Below, piece after piece: positions 1-9,707 of a DNA stretch of 64,000 nucleotides. Location of the stretch: IMG/VR virus record IMGVR_UViG_3300014205_000181, positions 32,001-96,000 of that record; one strand, written 5' to 3'. A program made the translations under genes and the position numbers. Positions within the stretch are counted from its first letter, which is position 1; every line of letters begins with the position of its first letter. Origin of the DNA: a virus (Duplodnaviria; Caudoviricetes). The notes below the pieces were generated by a model. The model was not told where the DNA came from and did not search any database. It saw only the letters and a program-made list of their open reading frames with translations.

Positions 1-1
1 A

Positions 2-370
2 GTTTACGATTTTACTTATAGGATTTCACACGGATCGCAGTTTAAAACGGGAGATGCAATCATAGGCAGCGCGGGAAGTATTATCAGAGGAGATATTCGG
101 AAGCGTTCTTCTGCTCGTTCAATGGATGCGGAATATGATGTGCTGTTAATAGGCCATTTTCACCAATCAATGACAATTGCCCAAAGGTGTATTTGTAATG
201 GATCGTTGGTTGGTTATAGTGAATATGCTGCTAAATGCAACTTTCCGTTTGAACCACCTACACAAAATTTCTTTATTACCCATCCAATTCATGGGGTGAC
301 ATTTAACTTACCAATTAGAATAGAGAACAAGGTACAAGAAAAGAAAGAATGGGTTTCCTGGGAGGAATAA
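2..370 (+). CDS. Calcineurin-like metallophosphoesterase, 5'-truncated by the window edge
   Basis: Frame is open from base 2 (…ISHGSQF…); LLIGHFHQ motif followed by NGSLVG. Confidence 0.6.
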   Translation, partial: VYDFTYRISHGSQFKTGDAIIGSAGSIIRGDIRKRSSARSMDAEYDVLLIGHFHQSMTIAQRCICNGSLVGYSEYAAKCNFPFEPPTQNFFITHPIHGVTFNLPIRIENKVQEKKEWVSWEE

Positions 371-371
371 A

Positions 372-551
372 ATGAGAGCTTGTAATTGTACACTACCTTA
401 TATAAATCCAGATGCTTGTAGTAATTGTCAAAACAGATCTACATTTGATGAGTATAAATTTTTAAATGATTTTATAGAGCAGCAAGAGCCATTACCACCC
501 GAATTTCAGAAAGTACTGGATGACAACTTTTGGGAATTACTAGAAGAATGA
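372..551 (+). CDS. Small hypothetical protein (59 aa, MRACNCTLPY…)
   Basis: GGAGG RBS upstream; translated by hand. Confidence 0.45.
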   Translation: MRACNCTLPYINPDACSNCQNRSTFDEYKFLNDFIEQQEPLPPEFQKVLDDNFWELLEE

Positions 552-648
552 ACGCCATAAAATATTATATACTAAAATACCACCATTATATCTTTAATGA
601 ATACCTACAAGTTCTAGGATTCGTAATATTTTTCAAGGTTAAAAACAT

Positions 649-888
649 ATGGCTTTAATTTATCATTTAGTCCGTATAAAGCAGAATACACATGGACAAT
701 TAGAACCTGTAAATAGAGATTATTGCCCTTTATATAAGGATAAAAACGAAATATCAGTATGTCAAGATGGAGATAATTATTGTGTAGGTATTGAACAAGG
801 AAATGTTATAAAACAACTAGACAGTATTACATATTTAATTCAATGTAATTATTTTAATACAAAAAGAAGTAAAGCAATAGATAAATAA
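649..888 (+). CDS. Hypothetical protein
   Basis: ORF track; same strand as neighbours. Confidence 0.4.
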   Translation: MALIYHLVRIKQNTHGQLEPVNRDYCPLYKDKNEISVCQDGDNYCVGIEQGNVIKQLDSITYLIQCNYFNTKRSKAIDK

Positions 889-903
889 GATAGGAGGAAT
901 ATA

Positions 904-3552
904 ATGACTGTAAATAAAGCATTTGCGTATATTAAAAAAGATGATTCTTTGGATTCTGAGCGTAGTATTATTTGCTATGCTTCTACTAATAGCGTTGATC
1001 GTCATGGAGATATGATCTTGCCTACGGCATGGTCCGAAAAAGGCATGAAGAATTACCGTAAGAATCCGGTAATTTTGCTTAATCATGACTACCATAATAC
1101 ATTGCCTGTTGGTAAATCTTTATGGCAGAAGACTGATGATAAAGGGTTAAAATTTAAAATCCAGTTTGCCGATACGGATCTAGGAAGGGAATTATATTAC
1201 CTATATTCTGGTGGCTATATGTCAAGCTTCAGCGTGGGTTTTCGTCCAGTGAAAACGTATGATAATGAAGATACTAAAAAATATAAGGATGAAGATGGTA
1301 ATATTCCCCATACAGTTTATGAAGAATGTGAACTATTAGAATTATCAGCCGTAAATTTGCCTGCAAATGCCGATGCTAACATGATTAGAACCGTAAAAGG
1401 GTTAGTAGAACAAGAAAAAGGTGGGTTTGTAAAATCTAAAGAATTGATTGATTTTATTGGCGGTATCAAGAGTTCAAAAGAATATATTGAATTAATTTCT
1501 GAGGACGAAGCAAAAGAAGCTCCACAAGAAAAAGCGAAAATTGTAGGGCATATCGATTTAGATTTTGACAATAAATATGTGAATGAAGATGAAATGATGA
1601 TTATTCCACTTAAAAAGAAATATGAAGATTGTGAAAATAAATGCGATAGTTGTAAAGATTGTAATAACGAAGAATTAACTGGAATTGTTGAAGAACCCGT
1701 TGAAGAAAAGTCACAAGATGATACTGATATCCAAGAGAAGGCTGAAGAGAAAGCAAAGAAACCATGTAAGAAAGAAGACGGCTGTGATGGTGAGTGCATT
1801 GGCGATGAATGTGATGAGTATGATTCATGTGATGAAGAAATGAAGAAACAATTCGTTGAGGTTTCTATTAATAAAGAAGTTATAGAGGAGATTACCGAAG
1901 AAAAACAAATTGAAGAAGTTGTTGAAACGGAAATCAAATCAGAATTGGATGAAATTATTGAAGATTCAATTAAAGAATTAGAAGAGGAAAATATAGAAAT
2001 AAAAGACACTTCTTACATTCAAAAAACGATTGATTTGTTTAATTCTTTAAATATTAAAAATATTACTCCAGAAATGAAAGAACAAATCAAAAAACAATAC
2101 GGAGAAGAGTTTGATATTTCAAGTGTAAAAGTAGAACCATATGGTTTTGAATATAAAATTTTCTGTAAGTTCCTTGGTTGTAAAGTAAAAGAAATTTTTA
2201 CTAATGACTTTTTTATTCCTACTGTAGAAAGAGGGAATTACCTTTCTGCCATTAAGACTGTGTTAAAAGATGCAACTCTCCTTGATCAAAGGGCATTTAC
2301 TCAAAATGGTTGCGAAGTTCCGCTTAAATATAGCACTATTAAATTAAATTCAAAAAGATCAGATGAATTTTTAATTACCGGGACTCAATTTTATAAATCC
2401 ACTGATGGTGAATCATTCATCCTTCAATTCTACCCTGTCTGGGGAGGAATGATAGCAGATATCTATTGTTCAAAAGACAAAAATAAAATAGCAAAATCAT
2501 TATTTGTTGATTCTGTTAAGTGGGTAGAAAAAAATAATTTTCTTAGAGGTGAAAAATTTTCCGTTAGCGGTGAATTTTTAGAAAGAAAATTATTTGAATG
2601 GGATGATGTAATTTATTCAAGTGATAAAGATAAAGAGACTATCAAGAAGAATGTTGAGAAGTTGTCAGAAACCTCTCCTAGTCGGGGGATGATGCTTGTT
2701 GGCCCTCCAGGAAACGGCAAAACTACCCTCGGCAAAGTTATGATGAATAAAATGGATTCAACATTTATTTGGGCTAGTTCAAAAGATTTTGAATGGGGTG
2801 CGGATTATACATTAGGTATTGGCTTTGAGATGGCTAGAAAATTAGCCCCCGCTGTATTTTTTATTGAGGATATTGATGGTTGGTTAAATGCTTATACTGT
2901 TGATCTTCTCAAGACAGAAATGGATGGTATTAGAGACAATAAAGGCGTTCTTACTATCTTAACAAGTAATTTCCCCGAAAATATGCCAGATGCATTGATT
3001 GATCGCCCAGGCAGATTCCATCATATTATAAATTTTTCTTTACCAAATAAAGAAAATAGAATAAAATTATTAAAGTTTTTTACTGAAAATGCCGATAAGG
3101 AAAGTATAGAAAAATTTGCAGATATGACAGAAGGATATAGTGGTTCACATCTAAGAGAATTAGTAGATTTTGCAAAAATGATTTCCGAAGATGAAGAAAT
3201 TTCAATAGACGAAGCATTAATGAAATCGTTTGAACAAATGAAAGAGCAAAGACAATTAATCCATGATATTAAAAATGAACCGAAGAAGAAAGAATTTATT
3301 GATATCGAAACTGTAGAAGTTAAAGATTCTAGTATTGATTTTGAAATTAAAAATACTGAAGAGGAAACGGTAATTAAAGAAACGATTGATTTTGAGATTA
3401 AAGAAACTAAACAAAGTGTAGATTTTAATATTACTAAAGAAGAGGCTCAAGAGATAATTAAAAATTCAATTATTAATGTAGCACAAGAAATGCAATCGAT
3501 TGAAGACTTAGTTGATGAAAGAATTAAAAGAGCAAAGGGTATTATTTTTTAA
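904..3552 (+). CDS. HK97-family prohead protease fused to a C-terminal AAA+ ATPase
   Basis: N-term: VDRHGD, NPVILLNHD, SFSVGF, LLELSAVNLPANADA. Acidic, Cys-rich linker. C-term: Walker A GPPGNGKT, Walker B FFIEDID, second region of homology ALIDRPGRF. Lies upstream of the MCP. Confidence 0.9.
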   Translation: MTVNKAFAYIKKDDSLDSERSIICYASTNSVDRHGDMILPTAWSEKGMKNYRKNPVILLNHDYHNTLPVGKSLWQKTDDKGLKFKIQFADTDLGRELYYLYSGGYMSSFSVGFRPVKTYDNEDTKKYKDEDGNIPHTVYEECELLELSAVNLPANADANMIRTVKGLVEQEKGGFVKSKELIDFIGGIKSSKEYIELISEDEAKEAPQEKAKIVGHIDLDFDNKYVNEDEMMIIPLKKKYEDCENKCDSCKDCNNEELTGIVEEPVEEKSQDDTDIQEKAEEKAKKPCKKEDGCDGECIGDECDEYDSCDEEMKKQFVEVSINKEVIEEITEEKQIEEVVETEIKSELDEIIEDSIKELEEENIEIKDTSYIQKTIDLFNSLNIKNITPEMKEQIKKQYGEEFDISSVKVEPYGFEYKIFCKFLGCKVKEIFTNDFFIPTVERGNYLSAIKTVLKDATLLDQRAFTQNGCEVPLKYSTIKLNSKRSDEFLITGTQFYKSTDGESFILQFYPVWGGMIADIYCSKDKNKIAKSLFVDSVKWVEKNNFLRGEKFSVSGEFLERKLFEWDDVIYSSDKDKETIKKNVEKLSETSPSRGMMLVGPPGNGKTTLGKVMMNKMDSTFIWASSKDFEWGADYTLGIGFEMARKLAPAVFFIEDIDGWLNAYTVDLLKTEMDGIRDNKGVLTILTSNFPENMPDALIDRPGRFHHIINFSLPNKENRIKLLKFFTENADKESIEKFADMTEGYSGSHLRELVDFAKMISEDEEISIDEALMKSFEQMKEQRQLIHDIKNEPKKKEFIDIETVEVKDSSIDFEIKNTEEETVIKETIDFEIKETKQSVDFNITKEEAQEIIKNSIINVAQEMQSIEDLVDERIKRAKGIIF
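3071..3098 (+). promoter_or_regulatory. Sigma28-like promoter box TAAAGTTT-N12-GCCGATAA, intragenic, upstream of the MCP
   Basis: Both boxes match the FliA consensus; spacer 1 nt longer than canonical. Confidence 0.5.
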
Positions 3553-3561
3553 AGGATATTT

Positions 3562-3837
3562 ATGAATAAATATTATGGTCGTAGATGTATGGGACATTAT
3601 GTAAAATGTGATGATATTCCTAGTTTATTCAAACCAACAACTGTTGGTCGTTCAATTAAAATAGTACATGGCATTCCTGATGATTCGCAATTGATTGATC
3701 TAGTAATTCAAGATGGATATGATGGGAAAGAGTGCATGTTTGTGTTTGAAAGTGAAGAATTCGACGTATTTGAATATGGGGCAAAATCACTTCCTGGTAT
3801 TTCGGTTAGATATAGTTATTATACAATTAAAGAGTGA
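3562..3837 (+). CDS. Hypothetical protein
   Basis: ORF with AAGGA RBS. Confidence 0.6.
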   Translation: MNKYYGRRCMGHYVKCDDIPSLFKPTTVGRSIKIVHGIPDDSQLIDLVIQDGYDGKECMFVFESEEFDVFEYGAKSLPGISVRYSYYTIKE

Positions 3838-3979
3838 TTTTTTAAATAAAACATAAATTATGGTTATACATCCTCAGTATAAAATATACCAAAAATCACT
3901 AAGGATGTCAAGAAAATTGCTGGAGATACTTTAGAGGTATTAGGCGATTATTAAAATAAAATATTTGGAGGAATTAAAT

Positions 3980-5227
3980 ATGGAAAAAAGTGAATTTGAA
4001 GCACTTGTAAAGGACACTACTACTGAAGCCGTTAAGGGTATTATGGATGCTAATAACGAGAAGCTTGCGGACGTTATTGATGCTAAGATCAAGGAAGCGG
4101 TAGTTGATGTAGAGAAGCGGATTGTGGTAGGGAAGGAAGAAATGGAAAAGGATAAGAAAGCTGGGTTTAAATCATTTACTCATTTTTGTGTAGACATCGC
4201 AAAGGCCTCTGCGTCTGGTTTTCGTAAAGTAAGTTCTGAACTCGAGAAATGGGAAACTCATTGCACTAAAGCTGCTGGGTCTCCTTCTCAGAATGTTTCT
4301 GATGGTGAAGCTGGTGGTTATCTTGTTCCTGAAGAGTTTCGTCAGAACCTCCTAGTTGCGACTAGAGAAAAAAATGAGTTCATGTCCCGTTGTACTCAGA
4401 TTCCCATGCAGAGTAATGTAGTTAAAATCCCCTATGTAAATGGCTTCGATAAATCAGGGAATCTTGTATATGGTAATGTAGCTTGGCAGTGGACCCAAGA
4501 AGAAGAAGATTTCACCGCTAAAAACGTGAAGTTCGGTTATATTAACCTTGCTCTTCATAAGGTAACTGGTATGGCTTACGTTTCTGATGAGATTCTTCGG
4601 TTCTCTCCTATGAGTATGGAGAACATCCTTCAAGAAGGATTTATTGATGGATTTAATTATGAAATGAACCGGGTTATTCTTAAAGGAACAGGAGCTGGCC
4701 AACCGCAGGGCATTCTTTCGGCCCCTGCAACTATTAGTATTGCTGCCGAATCTGGGCAAACGTCCACTCAGATTCTTTGGGAAAACGTGATTAAGATGTA
4801 CGCTCGTTGTATCAATCCCGCAAATGCAATTTGGATTGCTAATCCAAATACCCTTCCTCAATTAGCTTCTATGAGCCTTGCTATAGGAACAGGCGGAATT
4901 CCTGTATTTATGCCTGCTGGGGGAGCTGCCGGTCAGCCTTATGCAACTCTATTTGGTCTTCCCCTTGTATTTAGCCATCATGCTAAGTCTTTGGGTACTG
5001 CTGGAGATTTAGTCCTTGCTGATATGAAACAGTATCTCTTGGGTATGCTTGCTGGCGATGAAGGTATGAGATTTGATACTTCTATGCATATTAAATTTGA
5101 AACGGACCAGCAGGCTTTCCGTTTTGCGTTCTATGTGGCCGGACAGAGTTGGATGCCAACATACCTTACTCCTCCTGAAGCTACGTCTGACACTCTTTCT
5201 CCGTTTATTATGATTGCCACTCGGTAA
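3980..5227 (+). CDS. Major capsid protein, HK97 fold
   Basis: GGYLVPEEF, ILKGTGAGQPQGIL, TLFGLPL, FETDQQAFR; GGAGG RBS favours ATG at 3980. Confidence 0.95.
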   Translation: MEKSEFEALVKDTTTEAVKGIMDANNEKLADVIDAKIKEAVVDVEKRIVVGKEEMEKDKKAGFKSFTHFCVDIAKASASGFRKVSSELEKWETHCTKAAGSPSQNVSDGEAGGYLVPEEFRQNLLVATREKNEFMSRCTQIPMQSNVVKIPYVNGFDKSGNLVYGNVAWQWTQEEEDFTAKNVKFGYINLALHKVTGMAYVSDEILRFSPMSMENILQEGFIDGFNYEMNRVILKGTGAGQPQGILSAPATISIAAESGQTSTQILWENVIKMYARCINPANAIWIANPNTLPQLASMSLAIGTGGIPVFMPAGGAAGQPYATLFGLPLVFSHHAKSLGTAGDLVLADMKQYLLGMLAGDEGMRFDTSMHIKFETDQQAFRFAFYVAGQSWMPTYLTPPEATSDTLSPFIMIATR

Positions 5228-5268
5228 TTGATTTATTTGATAAATGATTATAATATAATGCTATGTGT

Positions 5269-5352
5269 TTTGGGATAGGACGGCCATCCGACAAGTTGAG
5301 AATTCTCCCGCTCAATTTCCCAAATTTAAAATTTACGGGAACATATGGGGAT
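5269..5352 (+). ncRNA. Putative structured cis-regulatory RNA upstream of an HNH gene, copy 1
   Basis: P1 TTTGGGA/TCCCAAA; P2 GGA-CGGCCA-TCC; GACAAG; P3 TTGAG/CTCAA; loop TCCCG complementary to CGGGA at 5336. Confidence 0.7.
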
Positions 5353-5358
5353 ATGTAA

Positions 5359-6456
5359 ATGGCAAGAAAAGCAAATAAAGTAGAAGTAAAATGTGAAACG
5401 TGTGGCATCCAAAAGATTATCACTGAAAGAGCATATAACGACAATAAAACAAAGAGGTTTTATTGTAATTCTGAATGTAGAAGTAAAGATAGATTTAAAC
5501 AAATAGATGTTAGTTGTCCTAATTGTGGGAAAGAATTTTGGGTTCCAGAATCGCAATTTAATCGGACAAAATCTAAAAAGTTTTATTGTAGTGTAAAATG
5601 TAGGAGTGAACATTCTAATATTTTATCTATTTGCTCCGGTTGCGGAAAAGAGTTTATAAAGAAATCTTATGACAAAGGCGGTCTATTTTGCAGTAATGAA
5701 TGTTACTTTAAAAGCATAAGAAACAGGGTTAAAACAAATTGCGCTTTTTGTGGGAAAGAAATAGAAAAATCTAGACATCAATTTGATACTCAAGATAATT
5801 GTTTTTGCTCAAGGGAGTGTTTGTTTAGCTGGCAACGTGAAAATTGGCAAGGAGAGAGCCATCCTAATTATTCCCAAATTGAAATATCTTGTGGTTTTTG
5901 TGGTAAACAGATATCGAGAAATAAATGGCAGGTAGAGAATAGAAAATATCTCTTTTGTGATTCTTCTTGTCTTCACGATTTTATGAAAAGTGACAAGTCA
6001 TGGGGAAGAAAAGATAAACATTTAGTACCGTGTTCGAATTGTGGCAAAGAATTACTGGTTTCACCTGCTGAAGTGGATCGATATTGTAAACATTTTTGTG
6101 ATTCTTCTTGTAAGAGTGAATTTAATGTCGGAGAGAATAATCCTAACTGGAGAGGTGGATTATCATTCCAAGATTATGGGATGGAATTCAATGAAACACT
6201 AAAAGGGGTTGTTAGAAACAGGGATAATAGGACTTGTCAGTTATGTGGAGAGGTGGAAACGGATAGAAAGCATGACTGTCACCACATTGATTATTGCAAG
6301 GAAAATAATGTAGAAGAAAATCTTATTTCTTTATGTAGAGCGAATGGATGCCACTCAAAAACAAATGGGAATAGGAAGTATTGGGAAAAATATTTTAAGG
6401 AATTAATAGAACAAAAGTATAATAATCTTTTGGATGCTGCACGTTCAACAACATAA
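5359..6456 (+). CDS. HNH homing endonuclease with tandem CxxC…FCSxxC zinc-finger repeats
   Basis: Six CxxCG…(F/Y)C units; RDNRTCQLCG…CHHIDY…NLISLC…CH. Confidence 0.85.
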   Translation: MARKANKVEVKCETCGIQKIITERAYNDNKTKRFYCNSECRSKDRFKQIDVSCPNCGKEFWVPESQFNRTKSKKFYCSVKCRSEHSNILSICSGCGKEFIKKSYDKGGLFCSNECYFKSIRNRVKTNCAFCGKEIEKSRHQFDTQDNCFCSRECLFSWQRENWQGESHPNYSQIEISCGFCGKQISRNKWQVENRKYLFCDSSCLHDFMKSDKSWGRKDKHLVPCSNCGKELLVSPAEVDRYCKHFCDSSCKSEFNVGENNPNWRGGLSFQDYGMEFNETLKGVVRNRDNRTCQLCGEVETDRKHDCHHIDYCKENNVEENLISLCRANGCHSKTNGNRKYWEKYFKELIEQKYNNLLDAARSTT

Positions 6457-6485
6457 AACGTATAAAAATTTAGGAGGAATAAATT

Positions 6486-6971
6486 ATGAGTGGAAGACTT
6501 TTTCAAGAAGTTCATGTAGTAAATGCTATGCCTGCCGCTAATCAGGCGGCTTATGAAGATATTTTTAATGGTAGCCCAAGTACTGATATCGTTAACCTTG
6601 GTAAATATGAAAAATGTCTTTGGATTCTTCAGAAAGCTGCTGGTGCAACTGGTAGCGCTGTAATCACAGTTGGTTCTTGCGATACTGTTGTCCCAGGTAC
6701 TGCTACCGCAGTTGCCTTCAATTATTGGACTTGTACAAGTGGTGATACTTGGTCTGATATGCAGACCGCGACTTCCGCAGGTTTTACAACCACTGTAGGG
6801 ACTGACCAAGCATATGCGATTGAAATTAATAGTTCTGAACTTTATAGCACCGATAAGTATGCTAGAATGACCATGACAGAATCCGTTAACGATCCTGTAG
6901 ACGGTACTGTAGTCTGTATTATGGGTGGTGGTCGTTCTGTTCACGAAGTTTCTGACACCGCAATCGTTTAA
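6486..6971 (+). CDS. Putative capsid decoration / virion protein
   Basis: Ala/Thr-rich, strong RBS, follows the MCP once the HNH gene is discounted. Confidence 0.55.
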   Translation: MSGRLFQEVHVVNAMPAANQAAYEDIFNGSPSTDIVNLGKYEKCLWILQKAAGATGSAVITVGSCDTVVPGTATAVAFNYWTCTSGDTWSDMQTATSAGFTTTVGTDQAYAIEINSSELYSTDKYARMTMTESVNDPVDGTVVCIMGGGRSVHEVSDTAIV

Positions 6972-6999
6972 ACATAGCGGTAACCAGTAATAATCAACA

Positions 7000-7040
7000 C
7001 CCACTTACCTCTGATTATTTTAAATTGAGAGGTAAGTGGG
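7000..7040 (+). terminator. 13-bp hairpin (terminator or processing signal) after the capsid genes
   Basis: CCCACTTACCTCT/AGAGGTAAGTGGG perfect inverted repeat; weak U tract. Confidence 0.55.
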
Positions 7041-7048
7041 TTAATTGT

Positions 7049-7123
7049 AGCGGGTTGGAGAAGTAGGAACTCGTCAGGCTCATATCCTGAAGATCATAGG
7101 TGCAAATCCTATACCCGCTACCA
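7049..7123 (+). tRNA. tRNA with CAT anticodon (Met/fMet-like)
   Basis: Acceptor AGCGGGT/ACCCGCT, anticodon arm TCAGG-CTCATAT-CCTGA, encoded CCA; atypical T-loop TGCAAAT. Confidence 0.85.
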
Positions 7124-7145
7124 ATATCAATAGAGGATTTAAAAT

Positions 7146-7412
7146 TTGGGAAACGAATACGTTAAAGTCAAATTCCTTTCAGATTGGATGGGTCATCCCG
7201 AAGGTTCCACCCTAACAATCATGAAGGTAAAAGCGAATGAATTAAAGGCGAGGAATATTATTAAACTAGTTGATACAGTTGATTCTAAATCTTTGATTGA
7301 TTTAAATAATAAGATTAAAGAAGAAATTAAAAACCTTGATTCTCCGCCTATGAATAAAATGATAGATTCCCCTCAAATTAAAAAATCTAGTGGTAGACCG
7401 AAAAAGAAGTGA
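7146..7412 (+). CDS. Hypothetical head-module protein
   Basis: TTG start with GAGG RBS; basic GRPKKK tail. Confidence 0.6.
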   Translation: MGNEYVKVKFLSDWMGHPEGSTLTIMKVKANELKARNIIKLVDTVDSKSLIDLNNKIKEEIKNLDSPPMNKMIDSPQIKKSSGRPKKK

Positions 7413-7421
7413 ATTGATTAT

Positions 7422-7499
7422 CTGTGTGTAGCTCAGTCTTAGTAGAGTAACCGCCTTGGACGCGGGAAGTCGGAGGTTCGAATCCTCCCACCCAGACCA
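7422..7499 (+). tRNA. tRNA-Pro(TGG)
   Basis: Acceptor CTGTGTG/CACCCAG (one mismatch), anticodon loop CTTGGAC, GGTTCGAATCC, CCA. Confidence 0.85.
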
Positions 7500-7520
7500 T
7501 AATAGAATAGATTTTTAACG

Positions 7521-7596
7521 GCTGGATTAGCTCAGTTGGTAGAGCATCTGCCTTGTAAGCAGGCGGTCACGGGTTCGATGCCTGTATCCAGCTCCA
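7521..7596 (+). tRNA. tRNA-Thr(TGT)
   Basis: Canonical cloverleaf GCTGGAT…ATCCAGC-T-CCA; anticodon loop CTTGTAA. Confidence 0.95.
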
Positions 7597-7660
7597 CAAA
7601 TAGGCGGAACTGCCGCCAAGAAACGCAATAATATTTGCGTACAGATAGGAGGAATAAATT

Positions 7661-7978
7661 ATGCCTGTAACACTCGTAAAAAGTTCATGGGAAAGTGGGA
7701 ATTTAGTATTTAAGAAAGTAGGTACTTGGGCTACTACTGGGATTACTCTCGGTGAAGATGCAACCGGGTTAGATTTTAAATGTTTTGGCGATACTACTGG
7801 CAAATACATGCTTTGGGACCAGTCAGCCGACAAACTTATCATAATTGGGACAAGTGACTTGGGAACAAGCGCGGAGGCAGATGCATACACAGTCGGGGGC
7901 ACGGCGGGGGTAGATTTTGCTTCTGGCGCAATTACCAGCTTGCAGGTAATCAAGGGAATCGTGACATATGCCGCGTAA
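7661..7978 (+). CDS. Putative virion protein
   Basis: Strong RBS; Gly/Thr-rich; within the head module. Confidence 0.55.
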   Translation: MPVTLVKSSWESGNLVFKKVGTWATTGITLGEDATGLDFKCFGDTTGKYMLWDQSADKLIIIGTSDLGTSAEADAYTVGGTAGVDFASGAITSLQVIKGIVTYAA

Positions 7979-7999
7979 ATAGTTGACCTAATTACATAT

Positions 8000-8078
8000 T
8001 TGGGGATAGGGCTGTACACCTGACAAGAAGACTTAATCCATCTTCTTCCCCAATTTTATTTTAAGGACCATAGGAGGA
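8000..8078 (+). ncRNA. Putative structured cis-regulatory RNA upstream of an HNH gene, copy 2
   Basis: P1 TTGGGGA/TCCCCAA; P2 AGG-gctgtaca-CCT; GACAAG; P3 AAGA/TCTT; loop CTTAA complementary to TTAAG at 8061. Confidence 0.65.
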
Positions 8079-8084
8079 ATAACT

Positions 8085-8786
8085 ATGGAAAATGTATTAG
8101 GTAATAGGTACGGAAGATGGATTGTAATAAACAACAATCCGAGTATCAGGACGAAGAAAAGAAGATCGGTCATTTGTCAATGTTCATGTAAAAAGAAAAC
8201 CGTTAGGGAAGTAACTATTGTAGATTTGAAAATGGGTAAATCTAATTCTTGCGGATGTCTCCAAAGAGAAAGGGCAGCAGAATCGAATAGTACTCATGGG
8301 CTTTATAGGCACCCTTTGTATAATATCTGGGGTTTAATGATGGGAAGATGCTATAACAAAAATGGAGTTCAATATAAGGATTGGGGCGGTAGAGGAATAA
8401 TAGTTTGCGATGAGTGGAAATATAATCCCGAATTATTTATAGAATGGTGTTTAGAAAACGGATGGGTTCAGGGATTAGAAATTGATAGAGAAAACAATGA
8501 CGGGAATTATGAACCAAATAATTGTAGATTTGTAACATCTCAGATAAATATAATAAACATGAGATTAATTCAATCAAACAACACATCTGGATATAGGGGC
8601 GTTTATTATAATAAACGCAAAAGAAGTTATTGTTGCCAAATTGGATATAACAAGAAATATATTTTAAGTGAATCTGGCTTCAAAACACCAGAACAGGCGG
8701 CGAAAGCACGGGATATATTTATTATAAAAAACGATTTGCCTCATAAATTAAATTTCCCAGAACTAGCAATTAACGGGCCGCTATGA
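8085..8786 (+). CDS. HNH-type homing endonuclease with C-terminal AP2 domain
   Basis: SCGC, WGGRGIIVCDEW, IDRENNDGNYEPNNCRF, NTSGYRGV. Confidence 0.85.
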   Translation: MENVLGNRYGRWIVINNNPSIRTKKRRSVICQCSCKKKTVREVTIVDLKMGKSNSCGCLQRERAAESNSTHGLYRHPLYNIWGLMMGRCYNKNGVQYKDWGGRGIIVCDEWKYNPELFIEWCLENGWVQGLEIDRENNDGNYEPNNCRFVTSQINIINMRLIQSNNTSGYRGVYYNKRKRSYCCQIGYNKKYILSESGFKTPEQAAKARDIFIIKNDLPHKLNFPELAINGPL

Positions 8787-9394
8787 AAAATATTAATATA
8801 GCAATCGTTTTGCCTGTAAGCTGGGAATATTTACCAATACAATTTTTCAAATCCTGGATAACTTTAAAGAAACCAGAGCACTCTGTCATTATCCCAACGA
8901 GAGGAAGAATTGATGACATGCGGAATGCAGCAATAAACTCTGTGCTTAAAGATGGTAGTTTTAGCCACATTTTATTTTTAGATACAGACCACTTTCATCA
9001 TCCAGACACAATACCAAAATTGCTTTCTCACAATAAACACATTGTATCTGGATTAAGTTTTAGAAGGTCAGAACCGTATGACCCTATAATGTTCGTTAAG
9101 GATTACAAAAAATTTAAAAACATTACAGAGTGGAAAGATGGTGAGTTATTAGAGGTAGATGTAATAGGAGCGGCCTCATTACTCGTAGATGTAGAAGTTT
9201 TTAATAGAATGAAAGCTCCATATTTTGAAATGAACTACCCATATATGGATGGTGTTATTTCAGAAGATTTTGCGTTTTGTTTAAAAGCACAAGAACTTGG
9301 GTATGAAGTCTATTGTGATACAAGTTGCACGAATGATCATATTGGCACTTTGAATATCAATAAAAAAGTTTGGGAGAAATTTTGTGGAAAATAA
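8783..9394 (+). CDS. GT-A fold (GT2-like) glycosyltransferase, paralog 1
   Basis: LFLDTD (DxD), GAASLLVD, SEDFAFC. Confidence 0.8.
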   Translation: MKNINIAIVLPVSWEYLPIQFFKSWITLKKPEHSVIIPTRGRIDDMRNAAINSVLKDGSFSHILFLDTDHFHHPDTIPKLLSHNKHIVSGLSFRRSEPYDPIMFVKDYKKFKNITEWKDGELLEVDVIGAASLLVDVEVFNRMKAPYFEMNYPYMDGVISEDFAFCLKAQELGYEVYCDTSCTNDHIGTLNINKKVWEKFCGK

Positions 9395-9707
9395 AAAATT
9401 AAGTGTATTTGATAGAATTATACTTTTGAATATTTTACCTAATATTGAAGAAGTAGATAGAACGATGTTTGGACTTTATCATGATTTTTTAAAAGAGCTT
9501 TCGTTTACACAAGAAGAGCATGATAAGTTTCAAATCACCCACGATGAAAATGGACAAGTGAAATGGACAAACAATGAAGAAAAAGAATTTATCATTTGTA
9601 ATAAAGTACAAAATATAATTGTTGGTAGATTAAAAGCTTGCAAAGAAAAAGAATTGCTCCAAGAAGAACATTTGGAATTATATAATAAATTTGTTAATGA
9701 GGATTAA
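9384..9707 (+). CDS. Hypothetical protein
   Basis: ORF overlaps or abuts both neighbours. Confidence 0.6.
   Translation: MENKKLSVFDRIILLNILPNIEEVDRTMFGLYHDFLKELSFTQEEHDKFQITHDENGQVKWTNNEEKEFIICNKVQNIIVGRLKACKEKELLQEEHLELYNKFVNED

Noticed and set aside
1317-2009. 230-aa Ser-rich ORF on the - strand
   Set aside because: Antisense shadow of the Glu/Lys-rich linker of 904..3552. The same applies to most nested opposite-strand ORFs in the track (e.g. 6291-7004, 30606-31130).
5228-6485. Possible group I intron around the HNH gene after the MCP
   Set aside because: The MCP ends with a normal stop, the next gene has its own RBS, and there is too little non-coding sequence for an intron core.
7567-8019. 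150-aa - strand ORF
   Set aside because: Overlaps tRNA-Thr and a + strand gene with a strong RBS.
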